A stretch of 38,588 bases of DNA from Nemertoderma westbladi. Taxonomy: Eukaryota; Animalia; Xenacoelomorpha. The position numbers and the translations under genes were made by a program. The stretch spans positions 1-38,588 of the forward strand of contig JAUCBJ010003811.1 of the NCBI GenBank assembly GCA_032718475.1. The letters are read 5' to 3'. The notes below the pieces were generated by a model, which saw only the letters and a list, made by a program, of their open reading frames with translations, did not search any database and was not told the origin of the DNA. Positions 7,275-22,200 of this stretch are shown in pieces. Position 1 is the first letter of the stretch; every line of letters begins with the position of its first letter.

Positions 7275-10200
7275 CTCACCCCCATCAATGTCCTCTGTAT
7301 CGATGAACCCACTCACCCCCATCAATGTCCTCTATATCTATGAACCCACTCACCCCCATCAATGTCCTCTATATCTATGAACCCACTCACCCCATCAATG
7401 TCCTCTATATCTATGAACCCACTCACCCCCATCAATGTCCTCTATATCTATGAACCCACTCACCCCCATCAATGTCCTCTATATCTATGAACCCACTCAC
7501 CCCATCAATGTCCTCTATATCTATGAACCCACTCACCCCCATTAATGTCCTCTATATCTATGAACCCATAACCCACTCACCCCCATCAATGTCCTCTATA
7601 TCTATGAACCCACTCACCCCCATCAATGTCCTCTATATCTATGAACCCACTCACCCCCATCAATGTCCTCTATATCTATGAACCCACTCACCCCATCAAT
7701 GTCCTCTATATCTATGAACCCACTCACCCCATCAATGTCCTCTATATCTATGAACCCACTCACCCCCATTAATGTCCTCTATATCTATGAACCCATAACC
7801 CACTCACCCCCATCAATGTCCTCTATATCTATGAACCCACTCACCCCCATCAATGTCCTCTATATCTATGAACCCACTCACCCCCATCAATGTCCTCTAT
7901 ATCTATGAACCCACTCACCCCATCAATGTCCTCTATATCTATGAACCCACTCACCTCCATCAATGTCCTCTATATCTATGAACCCACTCACCCCCATCAA
8001 TGTCCTCTATATCTATGAACCCACAACCCACTCACCCCATCAATGTTCTCTATATCTATGAACCCACTCACCCCCATCAATGTCCTCTATATCTATGAAC
8101 CCACTCACCCCCATCAATGTCCTCTATATCTATGAACCCACTCACCCCCATCAATGTCCTCTATATCTATGAACCCACTCACCCCATCAATGTCCTCTAT
8201 ATCTATGAACCCACTCACCTCCATCAATGTCCTCTATATCTATGAACCCACTCACCCCCATCAATGTCCTCTATATCTATGAACCCACTCACCCCATCAA
8301 TGTCCTCTATATCTCTGAACCCACAACCCAATCACCCCGTCAATGTCCTCTATATCTATGAACCCACTCACCTCCATCAATGTCCTCTATATCTATGAAC
8401 CCACTCACCCCCATCAATGTCCTCTATATCTATGAACCCACTCACCTACATCAATGTCCTCTATATCTATGAACCCACTCACCACATCAATGTCCTCTAT
8501 ATCTCTGAACCCACAACACACTCACCTCCATCAATGTCCTCTATATCTATGAACACACTCACCCCCATCAATGTCCTCTATATCTATGAACCCACTCACC
8601 CCATCAATGTTCTCTATATCTATGAACCCACTCACCCCCATCAATGTCCTCTATATCTATGAACCCACAACCCACTCACCTCCATCAATGTCCTCTATAT
8701 CTATGAACCCACTCACCCCATCAATGTCCTCTATATCTATAAACCCACTCACCCCCATCAATGTCCTCTATATCTATGAACCCACTCACCCCATCAATGT
8801 CCTCTATATCTATGAACCCACTCACCCCCATCAATGTCCTCTATATCTATGAACCCACTCACCACATCAATGTCCTCTATATATATGAACCCACTCACCC
8901 CATCAATGTCCTCTATATCTCTGAACCCGCAAACCACTCACCTCCATCAATGTCCTCTATATCTATGAACCCACTCACCACCATCAATGTCCTCTATATC
9001 TATGAACCCACTCACCCCATCAATGTCCTCTATATCTATGAACCCACTCACCCCCATCAATGTCCTCTATATCTATGAAACCACAACCCACTCACCTCCA
9101 TCAATGTCCTCTATATCTATGAACCCACTCACCACATCAATGTCCTCTATATCTATGAACCCACTCACCCCCATCAATGTCCTCTATATCTATGAACCCA
9201 CTCACCCCATCAATGTCCTCTATATCTATGAACCCACTCACCCCCATCAATGTCCTCTATATCTATGAACCCACAATCCACTCACCTCCATCAATGTCCT
9301 CTATATCTATGAACCCACTCACCTCCATCAATGTCCTCTATATCTATGAACCCACTCACCTCCATCAATGTCCTCTATATCTATGAACCCCACTCACCCC
9401 ATCAATGTCCTCTATATCTATGAACCCACAACCCACTCACCTCCATCAATGTCCTCTATATCTATGAACCCACAACCCACTCACCACATCATGTCCTCTA
9501 TATCTATGAACCCACTCGCCCCATCAATGTCCTCTATATCTATGAACCCACTCACCCCCATCAATGTCCTCTATATCTATGAACCCACTCACCCCCATCA
9601 ATGTCCTCTATATCTATGAACCCACTCACCCCATCAATGTCCTCTATATATATGAACCCACTCACCTCCATCAATGTCCTCTATATCTATGAACCCCACT
9701 CACCCCATCAATGTCCTCTATATCTATGAACCCACAACCCACTCACCTCCATCAATGTCCTCTATATCTATGAACCCACAACCCACTCACCACATCATGT
9801 CCTCTATATCTATGAACCCACTCACCCCATCAATGTCCTCTATATCTATGAACCCACTCACCCCCATCAATGTCCTCTATATCTATGAACCCACTCACCC
9901 CCATCAATGTCCTCTATATCTATGAACCCACTCACCCCATCAATGTCCTCTATATCTATGAACCTACAACCCACTCACCTCCACCAATGTCCTCTATATC
10001 TATGAACCCACTCACCCCCATCAATGTCCTCTATATCTATGAACCCACTCACCCCATCAATGTCCTCTGTATCTATGAACCCACAACCCACTCACCTACA
10101 TCAATGTCCTCTATATCTATGAACCCACTCACCACATCAATGTCCTCTATATCTCTGAACTCACAACCCACTCACCTCCATCAATGTCCTCTATATCTAT

Positions 10201-13200
10201 GAACCCACTCACCCCCATCAATGTCCTCTATATCTATGAACCCACTCACCCCATCAATGTCCTCTATATCTATGAACCCACTCACCCCCATCAATGTCCT
10301 CTATATCTATGAACCCACAACCCAATCACCTCCATCAATGTCCTCTATATCTATGAACCCACTCTCCCCCATCAATGTCCTCTATATCTATGAACCCACT
10401 CACCACATCAATGTCCTCTATATCTCTGAACCCACAACCCACTCACCTCCATCAATGTCCTCTATATCTATGAACCCACTCACCACCATCAATGTCCTCT
10501 ATATCTATGAACCCACTCACCCCATCAATGTCCTCTATATCTATGAACCCACAACCCACTCACCTCCATCAATGTCCTCTATATCTATGAACCCACTCAC
10601 CCCCATCAATGTCCTCTATATCTATGAACCCATTCACCCCATCAATGTCCTCTATATCTATGAACCCACAACCCACTCACCTCCATCAATGTCCTCTATA
10701 TCTATGAACCCACTCACCACATCAATGTCCTCTATATCTATGAACCCACTCACCCCCATCAATGTCCTCTATATCTATGAACCCACTCACCCCCATCAAT
10801 GTCCTCTATATCTATGAACCCACTCACCTCCATCAATGTCCTCTATATCTATGAACCCACAACCCACTCACCTCCATCAATGTCCTCTATATCTCTGAAC
10901 CCACAACCCACTCACCTCCATCAATGTCCTCTATATCTATGAACCCACTCACCCCCATCAATGTCCTCTATATCTATGAACCCATTCACCCCATCAATGT
11001 CCTCTATATCTATGAACCCACAACCCACTCACCTCCATCAATGTCCTCTATATCTATGAACCCACTCACCACATCAATGTCCTCTATATCTATGAACCCA
11101 CTCACCCCCATCAATGTCCTCTATATCTATGAACCCACTCACCCCCATCAATGTCCTCTATATCTATGAACCCACTCACCTCCATCAATGTCCTCTATAT
11201 CTATGAACCCACTCACCCCCATCAATGTCCTCTATATCTATGAACCCACTCACCCCCATCAATGTCCTCTATATCTATGAACCCACAATCCACTCGCCTC
11301 CATCAATGTCCTCTATATCTATGAACCCACAACCCAATCACCTCCATCAATGTCCTCTATATCTATGAACCCACTCACCCCATCGATGTCCTCTATATCT
11401 ATGAACCCACTCACCTCCATCAATGTCCTCTATATCTATGAACCCACTCACCCCCATCAATGTCCTCTATATCTATGAACCCACTCACCCCCATCAATGT
11501 CCTCTATATCTATTAACCCACTCACCCCCATCAATGTCCTCTATATCTATGAACCCACTCACCCCCATCAATGTCCTCTATATCTATGAACCCACAATCC
11601 ACTCACCTCCATCAATGTCCTCTATATTTATGAACCCACAACCAACTCACCTACATCAATGTCCTCTATATCTATGAACCCACAACCCAATCACCTCCAT
11701 CAATGTCCTCTATATCTATGAACCCACTCACCCCATCAATGTCCTCTATATCTCTGAACCCACAACACACTCACCTCCATCAATGTTCTCTATATCTATG
11801 AACACACTCACCCCCATCAATGTCCTCTATATCTATGAACCCACTCACCCCATCAATGTTCTCTATATCTATGAACCCACTCACCCCCATCAATGTCCTC
11901 TATATCTATGAACCCACAACCCACTCACCTCCATCAATGTCCTCTATATCTATGAACCCACTCACCCCATCAATGTCCTCTATATCTATGAACCCACTCA
12001 CCCCCATCAATGTCCTCTATATCTATGAACCCACTCACCCCATCAATGTCCTCTATATCTATGAACCCACTCACCCCCATCAATGACCTCTATATCTATG
12101 AACCCACTCACCACATCAATGTCCTCTATATATATGAACCCACTCACTCCATCAATGTCCTCTATATCTCTGAACCCGCAAACCACTCACCTCCATCAAT
12201 GTCCTCTATATCTATGAACCCACTCACCACCATCAATGTCCTCTATATCTATGAACCCACTTACCCCATCAATGTCCTCTATATCTATGAACCCACTCAC
12301 CCCCATCAATGTCCTCTATATCTATGAAACCACAACCCACTCACCTCCATCAATGTCCTCTATATCTATGATCCCACTCACCACATCAATGTCCTCTATA
12401 TCTATGAACCCACTCACCCCCATCAATGTCCTCTATATCTATGAACCCACTCACCCCCATCAATGTCCTCTATATCTATGAACCCACTCACCCCCATCAA
12501 TGTCCTCTATATCTATGAACCCACAATCCACTCACCTCCATCAATGTCCTCTATATCTATGAACCCACTCACCTCCATCAATGTCCTCTATATCTATGAA
12601 CCCACTCACCTCCATCAATGTCCTCTATATCTATGATCCCCACTCACCCCATCAATGTCCTCTATATCTATGAACCCACAACCCACTCACCTCCATCAAT
12701 GTCCTCTATATCTATGAACCCACAACCCACTCACCACATCATGTCCTCTATATCTATGAACCCACTCACCCCCATCAATGTCCTCTATATCTATGAACCC
12801 ACTCACCCCATCAATGTCCTCTATATCTATGAACCCACAACCCACTCACCTCCACCAATGTCCTCTATATCTATGAACCCACTCACCCCCATCAATGTCC
12901 TCTATATCTATGAACCCACTCACCCCATCAATGTCCTCTGTATCTATGAACCCACAACCCACTCACCTACATCAATGTCCTCTATATCTATGAACCCACT
13001 CACCACATCAATGTCCTCTATATCTCTGAACTCACAACCCACTCACCTCCATCAATGTCCTCTATATCTATGAACCCACTCACCCCCATCAATGTCCTCT
13101 ATATCTATGAACCCACTCACCCCATCAATGTCCTCTATATCTATGAACCCACAATCCACTCACCTCCATCAATGTCCTCTATATTTATGAACCCACAACC

Positions 13201-16200
13201 AACTCACCTACATCAATGTCCTCTATATCTATGAACCCACAACCCAATCACCTCCATCAATGTCCTCTATATCTATGAACCCACTCACCCCATCAATGTC
13301 CTCTATATCTCTGAACCCACTCACCCCATCAATGTCCTCTATATCTATGAACCCACTCACCCCCATCAATGTCCTCTATATCTATGAACCCACAACCCAA
13401 TCACCTCCATCAATGTCCTCTATATCTATGAACCCACTCACCCCCATCAATGTCCTCTATATCTATGAACCCACACACCACATCAATGTCATCTATATCT
13501 CTGAACCCACAACCCACTCACCTCCATCAATGTCCTCTATATCTATGAACCCACTCACCACCATCAATGTCCTCTATATCTATGAACCCACTCACCACAT
13601 TAATGTCCTCTATATCTATGAACCCACTCACCCCCATCAATGTCCTATATATCTATGAACCCACTCACCCCATCAATGTCCTCTATATCTATGAACCCAC
13701 TCACCCCCATCAATGTCCTCTATATCTATGAACCCACTCACCCCATCAATGTCCTCTATATCTATGAACCCACTCACCCCCATCAATGTCCTCTATATCT
13801 ATGAACCCACTCACCCCCATCAATGTCCTCTATATCTATGAACCCACTCACCACCATCAATGTCCTCTATATCTATGAACCCACTCACCCCATCAATGTC
13901 CTCTATATCTATGAACCCACTCACCCCCATCAATGTCCTCTATATCTATGAACCCACACACCACATCAATGTCATCTATATCTCTGAACCCACAACCCAC
14001 TCACCTCCATCAATGTCCTCTATATCTATGAACCCACTCACCCCCATCAATGTCCTCTATATCTATGAACCCACTCACCCCCATCAATGTCCTCTATATC
14101 TATGAACCCACTCACCACCATCAATGTCCTCTATATCTATGAACCCACTCACCCCATCAATGTCCTCTATATCTATGAACCCACTCACCCCCATCAATGT
14201 CCTCTATATCTATGAACCCACACACCACATCAATGTCATCTATATCTCTGAACCCACAACCCACTCACCTCCATCAATGTCCTCTATATCTATGAACCCA
14301 CTCACCACCATCAATGTCCTCTATATCTATGAACCCACTCACCCCATCAATGTCCTCTATATCTATGAACCCACTCACCCCATCAATGTCCTCTATATCT
14401 ATGAACCCACTCACCCCCATCAATGTCCTCTATATCTATGAACCCACTCACCACCATCAATGTCCTCTATATCTATGAACCCACTCACCCCATCAATGTC
14501 CTCTATATCTATGAACCCACTCACCCCCATCAATGTCCTCTATATCTATGAACCCACACACCACATCAATGTCATCTATATCTCTGAACCCACAACCCAC
14601 TCACCTCCATCAATGTCCTCTATATCTATGAACCCACTCACCACCATCAATGTCCTCTATATCTATGAACCCACTCACCCCATCAATGTCCTCTATATCT
14701 ATGAACCCACACACCACATCAATGTCATCTATATCTCTGAACCCACAACCCACTCACCTCCATCAATGTCCTCTATATCTATGAACCCACTCACCACCAT
14801 TAATGTCCTCTATATCTATGAACCCACTCACCCCATCAATGTTCTCTATATCTATGAACCCATTCACCCCATCAATGTCCTCTATATCTATGAACCCACA
14901 ACCCACTCACCTCCATCAATGTCCTCTATATCTATGAACCCACTCACCACATCAATGTCCTCTATATCTATGAACCCACTCACCCCCATCAATGTCCTCT
15001 ATATCTATGAACCCACTCACCCCCATCAATGTCCTCTATATCTATGAACCCACTCACCTCCATCAATGTCCTCTATATCTATGAACCCACTCACCCCCAT
15101 CAATGTCCTCTATATCTATGAACCCACTCACCCCCATCAATGTCCTCTATATCTATGAACCCACAATCCACTCGCCTCCATCAATGTCCTCTATATCTAT
15201 GAACCCACAACCCAATCACCTCCATCAATGTCCTCTATATCTATGAACCCACTCACCCCATCAATGTCCTCTATATCTATGAACCCACTCACCTCCATCA
15301 ATGTCCTCTATATCTATGAACCCACTCACCCCCATCAATGTCCTCTATATCTATGAACCCACTCACCCCCATCAATGTCCTCTATATCTATGAACCCACT
15401 CACCTCCATCAATGTCCTCTATATCTATGAACCCACTCACCCCCATCAATGTCCTCTATATCTATGAACCCACTCACCCCCATCAATGTCCTCTATATCT
15501 ATGAACCCACAATCCACTCACCTCCATCAATGTCCTCTATATCTATGAACCCACAACCCAATCGCCTCCATCAATGTCCTCTATATCTATGAACCCACTC
15601 ACCCCCATCAATGTCCTCTATATCTATGAACCCACTCACCCCCATCAATGTCCTCTATATCTATGAACCCACAATCCACTCACCTCCATCAATGTCCTCT
15701 ATATCTATGAACCCACAACCCAATCACCTCCATCAATGTCCTCTATATCTATGAACCCACTCACCCCATCAATGTCCTCTATATCTATGAACCCACTCAC
15801 CACATCAATGTCCTCTATATCTGTGAACCCACTCACCTCCATCAATGTCCTCTATATCTACGAACCCACTCACCCCCATCAATGTCCTCTATATCTATGA
15901 ACCCACTCACCTCCATTAATGTCCTCTATATCTATGAACCCACTCACCACATCAATGTCCTCTATATCTATGAACCCACTCACCCCCATCAATGTCCTCT
16001 ATATCTATGAACCCACTCACCCCCATCAATGTCCTCTATATCTATGAACCCACAATCCACTCACCTCCATCAATGTCCTCTATATCTATGAACCCACAAC
16101 CCAATCACCTCCATCAATGTCCTCTATATCTATGAACCCACTCACCCCATCAATGTCCTCTATATCTATGAACCCACTCACCCCATCAATGTCCTCTATA

Positions 16201-19200
16201 TCTATGAACCCACTCACCACATCAATGTCCTCTATATCTATGAACCCACTCACCTCCATCAATGTCCTCTATATCTATGAACCCACAACCCAATCACCTC
16301 CATCAATGTCCTCTATATCTATGAACCCACTCACCTCCATCAATGTCCTCTATATCTATGAACCCACAACCCAATCACCTCCATCAATGTCCTCTATATC
16401 TATGAACCCACTCACCCCATCAATGTCCTCTATATCTATGAACCCACTCACCACATCAATGTCCTCTATATCTATGAACCCACTCACCCCCATCAATGTC
16501 CTCTATATCTATGAACCCAATCACCCCCATCAATGTCCTCTATATCTATGAACCCACAATCCACTCACCTCCATCAATGTCCTCTATATCTATGAACCCA
16601 CAACCCAATCACCTCCATCAATGTCCTCTTTATCTATGAACCCACTCACCCCATCAATGTCCTCTATATCTATGAACCCACTCACCCCATCAATGTCCTC
16701 TATATCTATGAACCCACTCACCACATCAATGTCCTCTATATCTATGAACCCACTCACCTCCATCAATGTCCTCTATATCTATGAACCCACAACCCAATCA
16801 CCTCCATCAATGTCCTCTATATCTATGAACCCACTCACCCCATCAATGTCCTCTATATCTATGAACCCACTCACCTCCATCAATGTCCTCTATATCTATG
16901 AACCCACAACCCAATCACCTCCATCAATGTCCTCTATATCTATGAACCCACTCACCCCATCAATGTCCTCTATATCTATGAACCCACTCACCTCCATCAA
17001 TGTCCTCTATATCTATGAACCCACAACCCAATCACTTCCATCAATGTCCTCTATATCTATGAACCCACTCACCCCATCAATGTCCTCTATATCTATGAAC
17101 CCACTCACCACATTAATGTCCTCTATATCTCTGAACCCACTCACCCCATCAATGTCCTCTGTATCTATGAACCCACTCACCTCCATCAATGTCCTCTATA
17201 TCTACGAACCCACTCACCCCCATCAATGTCCTATATATCTATGAACCCACTCACCTCCATCAATGTCCTCTATATCTATGAACCCACTCACCCCATCAAT
17301 GTCCTCTATATCTATGAACCCACTCACCACATTAATGTCCTCTATATCTATGAACCCACTCACCCCATCAATGTTCTTTATATCTATGAACCCACTCACC
17401 CCCATTAATGTCCTCTATATCTATGAACCCACAACCCACTCACCTCCATCAATGTCCTATATATCTATGAACCCACTCACCACATTAATGTCCTCTATAT
17501 CTATGAACCCACTCACCCCATCAATGTTCTCTATATCTATGAACCCACTCACCCCCATTAATGTCCTCTATATCTATGAACCCACAACCCACTCACCTCC
17601 ATCAATGTCCTATATATCTATGAACCCACGCACCACATTAATGTCCTCTATATCTATGAACCCACTCACCCCCATCAATGTCCTCTATATCTATGAAACC
17701 ACAACCCACTCACCTCCATCAATGTCCTCTATATCTATGAACCCACTCACCCCATCAATGTCCTCTATATCTATGAACCCACTCACCACATTAATGTCCT
17801 CTATATCTATGAACCCACAACCCACTCACCTCCATCAATGTCCTATATATCTATGAACCCACGCACCACATTAATGTCCTCTATATCTATGAACCCACAA
17901 CCCACTCACCTCCATCAATGTCCTCTATATCTATGAACCCACTCACCCCATCAATGTCCTCTATATCTATGAACCCACTCACCACATTAATGTCCTCTAT
18001 ATCTATGAACCCACTCACCCCCATCAATGTCCTATATATCTATGAACCCACTCACCACATTAATGTCCTCTATATCTATGAACCCACAACCCACTCACCT
18101 CCATCAATGTCCTCTATATCTATGAACCCACTCACCCCATCAATGTCCTCTATATCTATGAACCCACGCACCACATTAATGTCCTCTATATCTATGAACC
18201 CACAACCCACTCACCTCCATCAATGTCCTCTATATCTATGAACCCACTCACCCCATCAATGTCCTCTATATCTATGAACCCACGCACCACATTAATGTCC
18301 TCTATATCTATGAACCCACAACCCACTCACCTCCATCAATGTCCTCTATATCTATGAACCCACTCACCCCATCAATGTCCTCTATATCTATGAACCCACG
18401 CACCACATTAATGTCCTCTATATCTATGAACCCACAACCCACTCACCTCCATCAATGTCCTCTATATCTATGAACCCACTCACCCCCATCAATGTCCTAT
18501 ATATCTATGAACCCACGCACCACATTAATGTCCTCTATATCTATGAACCCACAACCCACTCACCTCCATCAATGTCCTCTATATCTATAAACCCACTCAC
18601 CCCATCAATGTCCTCTATATCTATGAACCCACTCACCCCATCAATGTCCTCTATATCTATGAACCCACAACCCAATCACCTCCATCAATGTCCTCTATAT
18701 CTATGAACCCACTCACCCCCATCAATGTCCTCTATATCTATGAACCCACACACCACATCAATGTCATCTATATCTCTGAACCCACAACCCACTCACCTCC
18801 ATCAATGTCCTCTATATCTATGAACCCACTCACCACCATCAATGTCCTCTATATCTATGAACCCACTCACCACATTAATGTCCTCTATATCTATGAACCC
18901 ACTCACCCCCATCAATGTCCTATATATCTATGAACCCACTCACCCCATCAATGTCCTCTATATCTATGAACCCACTCACCCCCATCAATGTCCTCTATAT
19001 CTATGAACCCACTCACCCCATCAATGTCCTCTATATCTATGAACCCACTCACCCCCATCAATGTCCTCTATATCTATGAACCCACTCACCCCCATCAATG
19101 TCCTCTATATCTATGAACCCACTCACCACCATCAATGTCCTCTATATCTATGAACCCACTCACCCCATCAATGTCCTCTATATCTATGAACCCACTCACC

Positions 19201-22200
19201 CCCATCAATGTCCTCTATATCTATGAACCCACACACCACATCAATGTCATCTATATCTCTGAACCCACAACCCACTTACCTCCATCAATGTCCTCTATAT
19301 CTATGAACCCACTCACCCCCATCAATGTCCTCTATATCTATGAACCCACTCACCCCCATCAATGTCCTCTATATCTATGAACCCACTCACCACCATCAAT
19401 GTCCTCTATATCTATGAACCCACTCACCCCATCAATGTCCTCTATATCTATGAACCCACTCACCCCCATCAATGTCCTCTATATCTATGAACCCACACAC
19501 CACATCAATGTCATCTATATCTCTGAACCCACAACCCACTCACCTCCGTCAATGTCCTCTATATCTATGAACCCACTCACCACCATCAATGTCCTCTATA
19601 TCTATGAACCCACTCACCCCATCAATGTCCTCTATATCTATGAACCCACTCACCCCATCAATGTCCTCTATATCTATGAACCCACTCACCCCCATCAATG
19701 TCCTCTATATCTATGAATCCACTCACCACCATCAATGTCCTCTATATCTATGAACCCACTCACCCCATCAATGTCCTCTATATCTATGAACCCACTCACC
19801 CCCATCAATGTCCTCTATATCTATGAACCCACACACCACATCAATGTCATCTATATCTCTGAACCCACAACCCACTCACCTCCATCAATGTCCTCTATAT
19901 CTATGAACCCACTCACCACCATCAATGTCCTCTATATCTATGAACCCACTCACCCCATCAATGTCCTCTATATCTATGAACCCACACACCACATCAATGT
20001 CATCTATATCTCTGAACCCACAACCCACTCACCTCCATCAATGTCCTCTATATCTATGAACCCACTCACCACCATTAATGTCCTCTATATCTATGAACCC
20101 ACTCACCCCATCAATGTTCTCTATATCTATGAACCCATTCACCCCATCAATGTCCTCTATATCTATGAACCCACAACCCACTCACCTCCATCAATGTCCT
20201 CTATATCTATGAACCCACTCACCACATCAATGTCCTCTATATCTATGAACCCACTCACCCCCATCAATGTCCTCTATATCTATGAACCCACTCACCCCCA
20301 TCAATGTCCTCTATATCTATGAACCCACTCACCTCCATCAATGTCCTCTATATCTATGAACCCACTCACCCCCATCAATGTCCTCTATATCTATGAACCC
20401 ACTCACCCCCATCAATGTCCTCTATATCTATGAACCCACAATCCACTCGCCTCCATCAATGTCCTCTATATCTATGAACCCACAACCCAATCACCTCCAT
20501 CAATGTCCTCTATATCTATGAACCCACTCACCCCATCAATGTCCTCTATATCTATGAACCCACTCACCTCCATCAATGTCCTCTATATCTATGAACCCAC
20601 TCACCCCCATCAATGTCCTCTATATCTATGAACCCACTCACCCCCATCAATGTCCTCTATATCTATGAACCCACTCACCTCCATCAATGTCCTCTATATC
20701 TATGAACCCACTCACCCCCATCAATGTCCTCTATATCTATGAACCCACTCACCCCCATCAATGTCCTCTATATCTATGAACCCACAATCCACTCACCTCC
20801 ATCAATGTCCTCTATATCTATGAACCCACAACCCAATCGCCTCCATCAATGTCCTCTATATCTATGAACCCACTCACCCCCATCAATGTCCTCTATATCT
20901 ATGAACCCACTCACCCCCATCAATGTCCTCTATATCTATGAACCCACAATCCACTCACCTCCATCAATGTCCTCTATATCTATGAACCCACAACCCAATC
21001 ACCTCCATCAATGTCCTCTATATCTATGAACCCACTCACCCCATCAATGTCCTCTATATCTATGAACCCACTCACCACATCAATGTCCTCTATATCTGTG
21101 AACCCACTCACCTCCATCAATGTCCTCTATATCTACGAACCCACTCACCCCCATCAATGTCCTCTATATCTATGAACCCACTCACCTCCATTAATGTCCT
21201 CTATATCTATGAACCCACTCACCACATCAATGTCCTCTATATCTATGAACCCACTCACCCCCATCAATGTCCTCTATATCTATGAACCCACTCACCCCCA
21301 TCAATGTCCTCTATATCTATGAACCCACAATCCACTCACCTCCATCAATGTCCTCTATATCTATGAACCCACAACCCAATCACCTCCATCAATGTCCTCT
21401 ATATCTATGAACCCACTCACCCCATCAATGTCCTCTATATCTATGAACCCACTCACCCCATCAATGTCCTCTATATCTATGAACCCACTCACCACATCAA
21501 TGTCCTCTATATCTATGAACCCACTCACCTCCATCAATGTCCTCTATATCTATGAACCCACAACCCAATCACCTCCATCAATGTCCTCTATATCTATGAA
21601 CCCACTCACCTCCATCAATGTCCTCTATATCTATGAACCCACAACCCAATCACCTCCATCAATGTCCTCTATATCTATGAACCCACTCACCCCATCAATG
21701 TCCTCTATATCTATGAACCCACTCACCACATCAATGTCCTCTATATCTATGAACCCACTCACCCCCATCAATGTCCTCTATATCTATGAACCCAATCACC
21801 CCCATCAATGTCCTCTATATCTATGAACCCACAATCCACTCACCTCCATCAATGTCCTCTATATCTATGAACCCACAACCCAATCACCTCCATCAATGTC
21901 CTCTTTATCTATGAACCCACTCACCCCATCAATGTCCTCTATATCTATGAACCCACTCACCCCATCAATGTCCTCTATATCTATGAACCCACTCACCACA
22001 TCAATGTCCTCTATATCTATGAACCCACTCACCTCCATCAATGTCCTCTATATCTATGAACCCACAACCCAATCACCTCCATCAATGTCCTCTATATCTA
22101 TGAACCCACTCACCCCATCAATGTCCTCTATATCTATGAACCCACTCACCTCCATCAATGTCCTCTATATCTATGAACCCACAACCCAATCACCTCCATC

